DNA of 64,000 nt from Hydrolagus colliei (lineage: Eukaryota): assembly GCA_035084275.1 (NCBI GenBank), contig CM068754.1, positions 14,446,001-14,510,000 of the forward strand, written 5' to 3'. Below are positions 26,756 to 40,582 of the stretch, piece by piece; positions within the stretch are counted from its first letter, which is position 1; every line of letters starts with the position of its first letter. Position numbers and translations under genes: made by a program. The notes under the pieces were generated by a model that was not told the DNA's origin, searched no databases, and was given only the letters and a program-made list of their open reading frames with translations.

Positions 26756-27432
26756 GTTAACATTTAAAACGTTAACACATTTTGTCAAAGCCGTCTGCAG
26801 TTTAGCACCAGCTATTCCGGATGACTGGTGATAAACTACATCTGGATTTGACTATGAAACGTCAGGCAGATAAGGGAAGTCTTTATTCCCGCTGTAAAAG
26901 CATGGAATTCATGTTATTTTGCCAGACAGCACCCTGAAGAATAATACCTTTATTTAACTGCCCCCTCTCCCTTGTGAAGTCTCCTTCCATTATAGATCCA
27001 TCAGGGACTGTTGCTTTATTTAAGAAGGTTGTAACTCTGGAAACAATTACGGTTTTTAAAGTTTAGTGTTAATGCCCTCTCGATTTTGGCTTTGTGCATT
27101 GCTCTCTGCATTTTTTTAAATCAAAATTTGTTTTGCTTTGTTTGTTAAATACAATACAAAATTACTTTTGGATAGCACCATTCGGGAGGACGTTCCAAAA
27201 TTCCAAAGCGAAATAACTCTCATTGCTAAAATACCATAAACTTGCAATAAAACGTGACAATTTTAGAGTCTTAAGAAGCCCATTCTTGAGAAAATAGGAA
27301 ACGGGTGATTGCGTGCTTTGTGTTAGCCTTTGTCCAGCCTAAATGAGATCTTAAACATTGAAAACCCAAACTGTAAACAAGCATATCCCTCAAAGTTACT
27401 GTGAAACTGTACACGGTTAACTGATAGAGACT

Positions 27433-27652
27433 TAATAATAATAATCCTTGCATTTGATATAGCATTTTTCACATCTTCCATACATCTGAAAGTGCTTCGT
27501 AAATATATTGTAAAGAGATTGACTGTATATTTGTGGGCGAAACCCGGCAGCCATTTACACATAGCTTTGTCCCACAAACAGTCGTGAATTGAGTGCCCAA
27601 ATTATTCTTGGTTTTTTTTGGAGGGATTATTATTAAGCGTGTGGAGTAAGGA
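27433..27652 (-). mobile_element. SINE lacking its tRNA head
   Basis: Matches the SINE tail and body up to gtggagtaagga. Confidence 0.88.
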
Positions 27653-28794
27653 GATTTAAATCTCTTGATAAAATATTATAAACGTCTGATATTCAAAACC
27701 ATTCCGCTTGCTGGTTTGCCCTCTTCTCATCTGCCTCTTCACCTTGGGACATCCTCCTGACATGAAAGGCACTATGCAAATGTAATATTGTTGTTCTTGT
27801 TGTGTGCTTGAGGAGTTCAGACTGATGCATCTGTCCTCTTCCAAATCCCGGTAGTACATTTTACGATTAATTTTCTCTTGATCTCCTTACGTCTTTCTAC
27901 TCAATTTTATATTGCTTTTTAAATATGCCTGTTCAGCTAGGCAGATAACTTAGATTCATCCAGATTTATAGGGCTTTTATGTTTCTCTCAGGTGCAGATG
28001 AAGAATCTTGCTTAGTAGTTGCTGTTCTTTCTCTGCCCACATTCTCCAACTCAGAATACCTGAAGTACACTTTTATGCAGCAACAAGTTTTCCAGTTAGT
28101 GGTGTAAATGAAAGGAAGCAAACCATGACAACAAGAACTTGCATTAATATAGCGCCCTTCACATAGGCAAGGGGAGCATCTCAAGGGGGGAGCTTAAAAC
28201 ATTATTAGTATCTGGATGCAGCCAACGCCTTTCTGTTTTGCAGGATGTAAAAATTGCGTTGTTAGCTAAAAACATACAATTGATTTGCACGTATTTTCAG
28301 TCCCTTTCCAAACATTTGGGGGGAAATTGATGATGTTTTGCTGTGTAAAAACTCCACTCCCAAATACTGACGTACAAGGAGGAATCAAGTCCAGAAGTGC
28401 AGAAACCAAATCTATTACAATTTCAAATGTTGTGTATGTATTGATTTTGTGTTTCAAACTATGTAACCTGTATGTTATAATCTAAATAATCATAGATAAA
28501 TCTGTGAAGTAAATTCCATCAATCAATTAACAAAGAGTAAATCCAGTACCACAAGAGCTTTGTCTATTGACGACGAGGTAAAGATTTCTGTACAAGTCAA
28601 TCTAGAGCTGTAAAGATGCAGCTGGGATGTCACAAGTCATTTAAATGCTCAAAACACCATCTAGATTATTGGCTTGTAACACTGTTTTGTCTTCAAATTT
28701 AAGATTGAATTTATGATTCCGAATTGAGAATAATTCATGAATTCATTGACTTACATTTATATACATATATAGACATATAAATATTTTAATAAAC

Positions 28795-29053
28795 ATGTTT
28801 ACCTAGCAGTAAGTAGGAACTCGGTTGTTAGCCAATTGGAGGATCACTTTTCCAGGTGTTATAATTCCTTCACAAAAATAAAATTGGTCACTCGATCCAT
28901 GACTTTTTGTGGGACACTACTATGCAAAATTGACTGACGCATTTCGTCCACAAAATACACAGTCAATTTACTTTACAGCATATACTGTGAAGCACTTTCA
29001 GATGTCTCAAAGATGTGATAAAGACACTATATCAAATGCAAGGATTATTATTC
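28795..29053 (+). mobile_element. SINE long-form fragment (extra central block)
   Basis: tgtttacctagcagtaagtaggaactcggttgttagccaattggaggatc followed by the standard body and tail. Confidence 0.8.
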
Positions 29054-29778
29054 TCATTATACGTAACCTTCATGCAGCATCTCGGAGCTAGGGATGGCGG
29101 TTGCCTCACTTATCATGGTCTTACTTATTTGACTCATTTATGTTAAGATTCGCAGGCCTGGATATCAACAGAACAATGTTCCCATTTCAAAACGTTTGGG
29201 CCCAAAGCTGACTTTGAATCTGCCACCTGTCAGATGGCAGCATTTCAGTGAATGTTTGGATTATTGGCTTAAATTGACTCTAAAAGCGAGTTGTTTGTAT
29301 TCCGCTGTTAACTTGAATCACTTTCAAGTATTTGAAATGCATTGCTTTTTTCCACAAATATTCTTCTAGGCAAATAGTTTAGACCTTCATTGCTACATTT
29401 ATCTCAGTTACAGTAGCTGGAGAATGTGTTTTTAAGGCACTAGAGGTGTCACATTTTATCACAATTCTCTTTAATCTTTAAAGTGGGAAGTAACCATACA
29501 ACGTTGCATTTGCCGGATACGACTCCGGTGGGGAAATTCTGTATGGGTTATTTTCTTAGTATTTCAGTATTTAGCAAACTATAATATGGACCTTTTAGGG
29601 ATTTTGGTCTCAGCTGCAAAACTCTTCATTTTCGCAGCTACATACTTGTACCACTGGTCGTGTGCCAGTTTCTTCTGCTTTCGATCAGATATAGTTGAAT
29701 TTCTGTGTTCATCCAAGGAAAGGAAATTTTTGATGCTGTACAATGGAATAATTTCTACCTTTGTCAGGCAATGCCAGG

Positions 29779-29989
29779 ATCATAGAATCATAGAATTACG
29801 GCACAAAAGGAGGCCATTCGGCCCATCGAGTCTGTGCCGGCTCTTTAAAAAGAGCAATTTAATCCCACTCCCCAGCTCTTTCCCCATAACCTTGCAAACC
29901 CGTCCTCCCCAAATAAATGTCTACCTCTCTTTTAAAAGTCGTTATCAAATCGGCCTTCACCACCTTTTCAGGCAATGCATGCAGGATCA
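29779..29989 (-). mobile_element. CR1 3' UTR fragment, same family as the 39-40 kb copy
   Basis: atcatagaatcatagaattacggcacaaaaggaggccattcggcccatcgagtct matches 39087-39145. Confidence 0.88.
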
Positions 29990-31099
29990 AACACTCTGTG
30001 CAAATATTAATCTTTTGCAACACAAAACGTCCTCTGATTGGGGGTGGGTGGGGCTATGGGGAGGAAATCTGTCTCCTGATTTGTTCTATTTGTGTAGCAT
30101 TTAAAAATGTAAACAATTTGGTGGATTCTTGAACCACAACTTCATTCTATTGTCCTTTTGCTGCAAAGTTCTTTTTTTTTAAAGTATGACGGAAAATAGG
30201 CCAAATTTGGGGATTCTCTGAAATGCTAGGAAAATAGAGTAAAATCCAGACCCTGGGGGAATTTCTCAGCAACTGTTCAACCTCATGAAACCTATGGATT
30301 TGTTTGGATAAATGTAATCGACCAAACTGAGCGATTGCATCAATGCAAACATTCTTAGCACAAGCTCATTATCCACCACCGTTCAATTTGTAAGTAGGGC
30401 AACACAGGCACAATTTACTGAAACTTGTCTGAGGTTTGATGCACTTCTTCATAAATCAGTATCAAGGAAGTGGCCGTAAATTACATTAAAGACCAAGCTG
30501 TGAGTTGTACATGACTTGTCTTATATAATTCAGAGTAATAACAGTCAGATATGTTTACAATGTTTCACTGCAATGTTTCCCTAATCACGGCATGTTATAC
30601 ACAGAGCCACTTGCAAGGTCTTCATTAATCTTCGCCAATCGCCTTCCCTGTGTTACGCTTCAGTTTAACAGAAAGGTCACAAGCGTTTAAATAATCTTTA
30701 ACCATCTCTCTTGAGTTAGGATACTGTGAAAAAGTGACTCTGCTGCTGAAATTGCAACAGAAGACAGAAATTGCAACAAGAGTACATCATTTTGATTCAG
30801 TCTTTATATTCAGTCAAGAAAGCAATATTTTTATCACAGCATCTGTACGGTTACATAATAAATATTGAGGATCTAACTTGTAGTTCAAACCAAGAAATTC
30901 CTCCAAGTATAGAGTGACTGCAGGGATATAAATGACAATTTTTCCCTCTCATCCTCCTAGATTTCATTAAAATGTTGGTATCAAAGTTAGTGCACGTTGC
31001 CTTACCCCACTCCTTGGATTTAAACACATTTCTGTACATCTACTACAAATTATTATATAGATTACTATTCTATGCGAACAGCAATCTATATAATAATAT

Positions 31100-31290
31100 A
31101 AAAATAATAATCCTTTCATTTGATATTATGGTTTTCACATCTTCTAAACATCCCAAAGCATTTCACTGAATATACTGTAAAGTGAATTGATACTGATATT
31201 GATAATATTTGTGGACGAAACGTGGCAGCCAATTGCACACAGCAGTGTCCCACAAACAGTCGTAGATGTTTGTGATCAGTTTATTATTAA
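31100..31290 (-). mobile_element. SINE 3' half
   Basis: aataataatcctttcatttgatat...ggcagccaattgcacacagcagtgtcccacaaacagtcg. Confidence 0.88.
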
Positions 31291-32675
31291 CAGTTCTATT
31301 CCCCTCTTCTGGTAGGTGGAGGGAGCAGATCATTTTGCTCACCATTGCATCCTTCATCTTTATTTGGGTTGTTTCCTGATATTTGTAGTTTAGCCAAGCC
31401 TCTCTCAGGACATACATAGAGATTTCCGCCTTGATATACTCAATGCAAAGTGTTTCACTTCTTCTACTTTGCAAGTTGGCGATGCTTCAGATTTGATAGA
31501 GGATTTGAATTGGGACAGACACTCTCAATCATTACAGCACCGACAAGACCACAGCTTTCAACACTTTCACTGATCTGGAAGCCCCAGTCTTATCAGCTTA
31601 CTACAATTTACAGTGTAGATTTAGGTAATATGCTCAATTCTGATGAAGGCATATTTCCAGAGTTGTGGATTTTAAACTCTGTGGACATTACCAACTGCTG
31701 CTGTCTGCCTCCTCAAGTTACTTCAAGCTAAACGGCAACCAGGCAAATCAAGAACCTAACGATGTACTGTTCACAGCTAATGTTCTCTCGAGTGGCATTG
31801 CTGTATCAGTCTGTTTTCTTTTCTCAGCAGCGACACGGAAAACTTGTGAGGCAGTAAATGCATTTCCAGTTGAAGATCTTCAGTTTGTGGGGAGGGAGTT
31901 GGGTGGTGGGTGAGGGTGGGGGAAACAAGTCAAAAGTAAAAGTCAGGAAAGTAATTGTGAAATTAGATTAGTTCTTGGTTCCATTTTATTAGTTTATTTG
32001 AAAGAACATTTCATACATTTTTTATTGAAAAGTTGCCCATATCTCTTGCTAGAAATACTGGGGCTGCCAAGTGACAAATGCAAACATTCGAATAAATCGC
32101 TGTGAATTCGTGATAAATGAACTTCATGTGTAACTTCATCCTGCTATTTTTTGCGGAAATAATGGGCCAAATGGATGCTGTTCATTCCTCCAATTACTAA
32201 GTGCATCTTCTCCAACTAATTGGTGATTCTGTAGTAGTCATTTTATATAGAAAATGTATAAATTATTATATTAAATGTCATTATTGATTCTGTTACCTCT
32301 ATACACTTTAAATACATCTGGCTAAGTTTGCATAGATTTTTCTATGTAATTAACTTGTACTGTCAGATTTAGGGGGCGACCTTGGGTATTAGAGTCAAGG
32401 TCTGAGGTTCCTTTGGTTTAATTGAGGCAAAATGATGAGCAATATAATTACCGGAGTCTTCCTATTTTCTCCTACTGACAAGGCATATTTATGACTAGCT
32501 GTGTATTAATTCACGTGTTTATCAAGCATCCAAGGTACTTAAAAAGACCACATGCAACATATGGGGCGGTTAATGAGTCTGTTAATGGAAAAGCTCCATA
32601 TGGTGCAGTGCATTTTTTTTAAAGTACCTTGGATACACAGACACACCTGAATTAATACAGTGGGGTGCATACGGG

Positions 32676-32724
32676 TATATATATATATACATACATACAT
32701 ATATATATATAATATATATATACA
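32676..32724. repeat. (TA)n/(TACA)n microsatellite
   Basis: Direct reading. Confidence 0.9.
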
Positions 32725-32828
32725 TGCTTGTGTCAATGGGAAGGAAAAAAAAATGCTCACTTGTTCACATTGCAAATTAAAAAGCAAGATGTACATGGCT
32801 TTCTTTACTGCCAGAAATCCAGCGTGCT

Positions 32829-32900
32829 ACAACAACTTCAACAACAACAACTTTGATTTATATAGTGCCCTCCACGCCGGATGGCGTCTCAGAGCGCCTC
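32829..32900 (-). mobile_element. Extreme 3' tail of the same L2 family as 10419-11304
   Basis: caacaacaactttgatttatatagtgccctccacgccgg...tctcagagcgc is nearly identical to 10422-10478. Confidence 0.88.
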
Positions 32901-34465
32901 TGTGGAACAGCATAATACAAACACGAACACAATTTATAACTGAACAGCGGCTCCCGAAAGAGTTAAAAAGGCAGCAAAGAATTAATGATTGCATAACCTA
33001 TGCTATGACCAGTTGCTGAGAAGGATCAGTTAATAATATGCCTCTTCTTCACAATTCTTGTCATACAATGCATGTCATAGGTCAAATGTTATTAACAGGG
33101 CCCATTATGTATGCTGTGGGATTCGTCAAACTATGAGTGCTTCACTGCAATTAGTTTGGAGGCACATCAAATGAATATTTTATGTGCCTGATTTATATTG
33201 TGCCTAAAAAGCGGCCATTCACTGTGAATATCTTTCCGAATCAATGTAGAAGTGTGATGCAAAATATGCGATGTGATGGAGTCCAGATATAGTGACTGCC
33301 ATGGGAAGCTGGTTGCCGAGGGATGTTGAATTGCAAACACTCTCATCTAACCACAACAACAACAATTTGCATTTACATAGTGGACAGCGACTCAAATTCA
33401 TTGCCCTCTGCACACAAAAACATCAAGTGCTTTTATGGGACAATTGGGTGAAGGGGGAATGAGACATAGGGTGTATGATGTATAATTCTATTAGAAATCA
33501 CCGCCGGTGACTCAAAACCAATTCAACGCCATTTCCTTCCCGTAAACTTTGCGCGTTTCATAGCAGCGATCCCACTGGTCTGCGTTACATGCTTCAAGTT
33601 ATTGGTAGGAATTAATTACCTTTTCAACTAGATAGAGAATCCATATAAAACAGACTTTAACGTATGGAGTCAGGGCTTTGACTCTTTTAACACGAGTTTG
33701 AAAAGGATCCGTTGCCCCAGAAAAACGTTTGAAATTAGCATTAGGAATTCATTTGTAATTGTAATTCATTGCAAAATAAAACCACCTCACTATGACAATT
33801 TAATCCTAATAACCCAAGGATGTAAAGAATGTCAATCTGATTTGTGCAATGTGGTTCAATTTACAATGGGAAGTATGTTTGTCTAAATAGTTAATGGATT
33901 AAGGATAATCCAAATTGGCAGACTCCAGCGTAAGGAGTCATTGGTGACTTTTGATCCTTCAAGATCTGCACAGCAGAAGGATATGCAGAGTGAAGAGCCA
34001 ACTAGCTCCAAAGCAGTGCTGTTTCAGCACATTCTTCCAGGAATAAGAAAAACAACACATTGAGTTTTCTGAGTCATGCATGAACTTACCAACATTCTAA
34101 CCCGAGTATTAATATGCGTAATTTCTACAGAGTAAAAGGCGGTATTCTCCTCAGTAATTAAAACAAATCATTATTCAGAAAATTATGTAATTTTTTTTCA
34201 AAGCTTTGGCTTGGATAGAATCATATTAAATAGTCTAGTGCAGTGAACTCCAGCTGGTTGATCACCGCTAGGTAGCAGTCTCGCGCATGATCCAAAAAAA
34301 GAAGAAGGAGCGAAAGAACTGCCTTGTTATTGAGTCCAATTGTAATATGAAGCTAGACGCACGAAGCATTTCATGTATCTCAAAATAGAAATATAATTTT
34401 TAAGCCGTGGTAAATATCGCTCCTTTCTCTTGTTTTTACTGAATATCAGTTCGAAATGGCCTCTG

Positions 34466-34577
34466 GACATATCCACCTCGCGACCATTGAACGGTCGGAG
34501 ACCCCTGGTCAAGTGAATAGAGAGAGGTATGTATTTAGCTCCGTGTATTCAGTTCGAAATGGCCTCTGGACATATCC
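34466..34577. repeat. Region of a perfect 29-bp direct repeat (copies at 34446-34474 and 34549-34577)
   Basis: TCAGTTCGAAATGGCCTCTGGACATATCC occurs twice with a 74-bp spacer. Confidence 0.85.
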
Positions 34578-36435
34578 TTTTCGGAATCAGTCAGAGAACC
34601 TTCACAAAGTGTTGCTTCTGACTGACATGGTCATGGCTGCGTGCAAATAGATGCCTCTTTCCTACAACTGGTGGCGAGACTGCGACTGAATCACGGTGGC
34701 CTGGAGGGCTACTTGCTTGCATCTGCTGTCTGACATTCAAGTGGAGCTTCTGTATTGAGTCTTTTCTTTTATTGAGAGCCTAGCTGAAAGGCCACATCCC
34801 ACTATGCAGGATAGCCCCAGGCTTGCAACAAGTATTAGAGAATTCAGATGCATCGGGTTCGTAAGAATGTCTTTCAATTACTCATCAAATGCCCTTGAGA
34901 GGAATCCCAACGCATGTCTACTTTATTAATGATTGAAAGAGGTTATCAGGAAGGCTAGTTGAGGTCAAGACTCTGGACTTACTTTAAAAAAGCAGCTTGA
35001 CGCTGAGATGGGAAGACGATACGGCGGGTATTTTTGGAGCAAGCTCTCTGAGAGCTTGGCATGGAGGACACTAGATGAATGCAAGTTGCTATTGTTGTAT
35101 TCTGGAAGGATGAGATGAAATTGCTGAAAGGTTTTCTTCATCCAAACTAATTTTTTGGAGCAAATTCTGTCTGCTTGAAGGGTCCCCACTTAATTAAGGC
35201 ATCCTGTTAGAAATTGCTACATTCAAGATCCCAGTCATTCTACTTTCTAATTGTGTTGATGGACTCCTAGGTTTCAATACGAACTTGATTCCCATTAGTT
35301 CTCTTACTTGAGACTGTGTTCTGCTTGAAAATACAATTCTTAAAGGACAAATACAAAGTCATTTTGTCTTCATCAAGATATGGCCTTCTGCGGTTCCGAA
35401 GCATATTAAGAAAAGGAAAAAAAAGTACAGCTCTTCCCTCATTTTAATTAATGGTTGCACTTTGGAAGGCCAGAAGAGAAAGAAGGAGGCTGAATGGTGA
35501 AAGGAATAGGCAGTGATGCTCTATACTTCTGTGATATCAAAAGCAATAAAGTCATTTCCTTATGGTTAGTCATCTCATCTGATTTTATATAAACGGGGTT
35601 AAGAATAAGCAAAGACACTTCCTCGTATACAAACAGGAATATGCTACATATAGACTTTTCTGTGACGTACTCCCAATTAATGTTTAAAAATGTGGAAGCA
35701 TTTGCAGACTTAGCTTCTCCTGGACAGCAAATAGACCTTCCATTGGTGGTGATCATGTAATATGTCTCCATATATGGTAATTGTAGGATTTCTTTCCATC
35801 ATCTTGCTCATTATGTCTTTATTTTGTGCAAGTTAATGCAATGGTACAAGGCCGATTCCATGGTTCAAAATTGGAACAAATCTAGGTTGAGGGAAAGGCT
35901 CATTTGCAATCATTAACTAAAATGAGAGAAAAGCTGCACATTTTTACATTTTTCTTAATTGATTGTGGTGCACTAATTCATCCTCAGTCAGTTAATACTC
36001 TTTTTGTGTGTACTTACCTGTTCCATGTGTTGTGCTCAGCCAGAGGTAGTCACACCACCTCATTTTTAACCTTTGCTGCTCTATAGGTTGATTCTTATCT
36101 TCCATGCTCCCACCCCTCTCATAAAGGAAGCCCCTGGCTTCTGATCGGTACCTCTTCCTAATGATATTCACCGAATGATGTGAAGAGTTTCAGCTGCAGC
36201 TCCTTGTCCTATTACTCTGTGGAGCAGTATCTTCACAGTTTGACAGTACGACATATTCAGCACATGATTTAAACATAACAAAGGGCCCCCATGGCCTTCG
36301 AACCAAGATGGGAGTTAATTTAAGCATTGAGCAAATGTTCAAGGAAAGAAGACAGGAGAAAAAAGTTCCTGCTATGTAATGTGTTCATGTAATAGAAATT
36401 TTTATGCTGTTTCTTTTTTAAAAGTAATAATACTG

Positions 36436-36549
36436 TAATAATAATAATCTTTGCACTTGATATAACGCCTTATCACGTCTTTGAGACGTCTCAAAAAGCT
36501 TCACAGAATATACTGCAAAGTGAATTGACTGTATATTTTGTGGATGAAA
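36436..36549 (-). mobile_element. Headless SINE tail
   Basis: taataataataatctttgcacttgatataacgcc...gactgtatattttgtggatgaaa. Confidence 0.88.
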
Positions 36550-39086
36550 AGTAGAACATTTTTTAAGCTTTTGTGATTTTGTGAGGTCATTTTTCTCAAC
36601 TTGGGTTCCTGGACATGAGAAACTAAATTCCCTCCAGGTCAAATCTAAAAAAGACCAGTTAAGCAATGCAAGCCAATCACTCAAATGAAGGTAGGGATGA
36701 GAGAGTTATCTAGTATTTGCAATACAGTCTTACACCGAGGTCCCAAAAGGAAAGGAAATTGATCTGTTAGAAATGTTTAATTCTGACAACTATGAAAATG
36801 GGGTTGTAACAAAACTAATTTAAATTCCGCTAAGTCTTCTGCATTTAAGATTTGCGTTGGCTAAGGATAGCTCTGGGGGTATCTTTCTGGACTTAATCTT
36901 GCTTTTGAAAACAAAGAAGCCCAAATACTGAAGCATTTACAGTGTCACAATAGGTTAGAATCATTGTATCTTATTGAACACAGGGGTATTGGCATGCCGG
37001 AAAATCTCTCTTTCGCGTTAAAATGTGGATGACAAAAGAAAAATAGATTTTCCTTTCATTCGTTGATCACGTTGAAAATCAGTAGAGACGTCACAAGATA
37101 AATGTGTCCAGGGCACTGTAACAGTACAGTGATGATGCATTTGTACACACATACCTATCAGATCAACTCTCTTTCTCTGATGTGATAATCATCAACCTGA
37201 TTACTGTGATAAAGTATTCTGTTCCATTCGATTACTGCACTTTCTTAGACCCAAATCATTATCCCTTGGCTATGAAGAAATTACATTATATTTGTAGTTC
37301 AAATGAGCTACATCAGTTGAGTGCAGCATGGGTGTTTCAACCACTAAGTGACTTGGTCCAATTATTCTATTGACTGCAGTATATCATCACTGTCACAAAG
37401 CGCCAAGGTCATTTATAACATGACACTTACCTGTACTGATAAATTATAGTGTTACTCGCTGTTGCAGAATGAGGTTGCTGAAATCCCTTCCCTGTATCTT
37501 TTCAACTCTGAAGTTGAATTTGAAAGCATGTATGGCGTATGAATTTGTACATCTGGGGGAATAAGAATCTACGAAATGCACCTTGATATAACATGGAGTG
37601 TGAAGATTGGTTTATCTTAGAAAAGCTAATGGAATTAATTACAAGGGTTTGTCAGATTTAAATTCAAATAAAAGTAAATGGACAAAAGAAAAGTTCCACT
37701 GCAATAATTGCAAAGTATTCTCTCCCTCGTATTTGCGATGTCAGGAAATTTCCAAGTTTCGGTCTTTGGACAGCATTGTAAGTTGGTGTGTACCCTTGAC
37801 TCCCTATCACAGTTGTAATGGAATTCAGAATGCCAGTCTTCAGAGAGACCTTTGTCTGGAGGTTGTTGTGTGACTACCTGTGAACTAAACTCTAAATTGA
37901 CTGCTGGAGGTGTCTCTTGATTTCTCTTTTGATGACTGGTTCACTGTAAACTTCTTAGAATTCGGGTTTTATTGGCACTCATGCCATCAGAGGCATGATG
38001 CTCCATCACATTCAGTGATCAAGATGTGTGCCACCACTTCACAGAGGCACAAATGCAAACAGCATGCCATTGAAGATCACAGGAGATGCTTGAATGCAGA
38101 AGGCCCTTTGACCCATTTGATCTCATTGTTCCACAATACCAGCTCTACCCTCTTCTCTTCACAACGTCAAGTCATTACTGAAATGAGTCTAGAAGCTGAA
38201 GTGGGCATATTTTCAGGGCACTATTGCACTGAACAATTCATCTCCATCTCTGTAACTTACAAAACAGCTGACAGATTGAAGCACATTTCCTCTGGGTTGC
38301 TAAGATTCAGCCAATTCCAGATGCACTCTTGATATTTCCTTTTATGTTTTTTTTTCTGTGATTCCGAAAGATTGTTTGAAAATATAACTCGTGTCAAGAA
38401 ATATGCACAGAACTAATAAGAGAGCGAACACACATAATGCAATATAAATGTCCAATTGTTGATTATTGCAGCAATGTAATTTATCTTTGTCTAGCTGTGT
38501 TTTGGAGTCAGTAGTACAGGTGTCACGAGTAAGTGTCTCCAGTTGAATTCAGCAGCAGAAGTACAAATGAAAAATGCTATCAGGCAGGGAGCTGATTTAA
38601 AAACAAGTATTTTTTCTTCTGTGGTCCAATACAATGATTCAATAAATGTTGAATTGTATTGTGAAATGAGTGTGGCTAAAACTAATACATTGTCCTATTC
38701 AATAGCAACATATGATGCACACCAACAAATCCCGAGTTTGCAATCTCGGCGTTTCCATCACAAAGGAGAAGCTGAGCAGAGATCTGGACTATCAGGAGGA
38801 GACTAGTTGAGAGTCATAGTGAACTAATCCTGCACATCTCCTAGTGGTCAGATCAAGACATTGGAAAAATCAGTGAGGATCGTGGATTGCGTACATGGAA
38901 TTCCTGTGCAAAGCACTGGTTACGAAACATTGAAACAAAGAGAGTTTATATAAAGCTTTCTGTTGGCTTGACTTTAGTTCAGGTTGTTTTGAATTTTCAT
39001 GTAAAAATCTATTTGAGAGTGTATAAAAAATGAGTGCTGTAATGGTACAGCAAATGAGGCTCCTGGATTTGGAGGGTTAACTACTT

Positions 39087-40582
39087 ATCATAGAATCATA
39101 AAATGTTACGGCACAGAAGGAGGCCATTTGGCCCATCGAGTCTTTGCCGGTCTTTGACTGAGCAAGTCACTTTCATTAACCCCAATCACCAGCTTTCTCC
39201 CCATAACCCTGCAAACCTGTCTTCCACAGATACATATCTAGTTCTCTCTTAAAAACTGCTATCGAATCGGACCTCATTACCCTTTCAGGCAGATCATTCC
39301 AAATTCGAACAACTCGCTGAGTAAAAAAAATTATTCTAACCTCCCCTCTGCTTCTTTCACACCTACCAGCGGAAACAGCTTTTCCCTGTCTAGCCTGTCG
39401 AAACCTTTCATGATCTTGAAGGCCTCTATCAGGTCCCCACGTAACCTTCTCTGCTCTAATGGGAAAAGTCCTAACTTCTCTAGCCTGTCCTCATAGCTAA
39501 GGTTCCCCATTCCTGGTATCATTCTCGTGAATCTCCTCTGCACCCTTTCCAGTGCCTTAATGTCCTTCCTGAAGTAAGGTGCCCAGAACTGGACACAGTA
39601 CTCCAGCTGAGGCCTAACCAGTGTTTTGTATAGATTAACCATAACCTCTTACTCTTATACTCTATGCCCCTACTAGTAAAGCTCAGTACACCAAATGCCT
39701 TTTTTACTGCCTTATCTACCTACCCTGCTACCTTTAATGATTCGCTTACTTGAACACCCAGATCTCTCTGTACGTTCACCCCCCTTAAGATTGAGCTACC
39801 AAGTCTATATTGCCTCCTATCAATTTTCCTATCTAAGTGTATCACCTCACACTTATCCACATTGAAATCCATTTACCACATGTCAGCCCATGCCACCATT
39901 CTATGTATGTCTGCTTGCAGTTGGTTACAGTCCTCCTCACTATTTACTACCCTACCTAACTTTGTATCATCTGCAAACTTGGAAATAGTGCTCTCTATGC
40001 CCAAGTCCAGATCATTAATATATATTAGAAAGAGCAGTGGTCCCAATACCGATCCCTGGGGACACCGCTGCACACCTCCTTCCATTTCGAGAAACACCCA
40101 TTAACCACCACCCTCTGCTTTCTGTCACTCAACCAGTTCGTAATCCAAACTGCCACTGTCCCCTTAATACCGTGGGCCTCTCATTTTTTTTATTAATCTC
40201 TTATTCGGTACTGTGTCAAAAGCCTTTTTGAAATCCATGTAAATAACGTCCACCGCATTTCCCTCATCAACCCTCGCAGTCGCCTCTTCAAAAAATTCTA
40301 TTAGATTTGTTAGGCAAGATTTGCCTTTAACAAATCCATGTTCGCAGTCTCTAATTACCTCGTGTTCCTCTAAATAGAGATTTATTCTGTCCTGGATTAT
40401 GGTCTCCAGTAATTTTCCTATTACCAAAGTAAGGCTGACTGGCCTGTAATTTCCAGGTTTGTCTTTCTGCCCCTTTTTCTAGAGGAGGGTAACATTAGAC
40501 ACTCTCCAGTCTCTTGGCAACACTCCTGTGTCCAATGAAGATTCAAACATAATGGCCAGAGCCTCTGCTATTTGAACCCGCA
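39087..40582 (-). mobile_element. 5'-truncated CR1 LINE (RT domain to 3' UTR), frameshifted
   Basis: ORFs 40164..40427 (HGFVKGKSCLTNLIEFFE, YMDFKKAFDTV), 39873..40097 (PQGSVLGPLLFLIYINDLD, KFADDTKL) and 39331..39642 ([33 protein letters not shown]). Tail tatgattctatga. Confidence 0.96.

Noticed and set aside
29586-30104. 172-aa ORF
   Set aside because: Crosses a CR1 3' UTR fragment; no recognisable domain or splice context.
34446-34577. CRISPR-like repeat-spacer
   Set aside because: Only two repeats, a 74-bp spacer, eukaryotic context and no cas genes.
37910-38332. 140-aa ORF as a nested gene
   Set aside because: Non-ATG start, no recognisable motif, random-looking composition.
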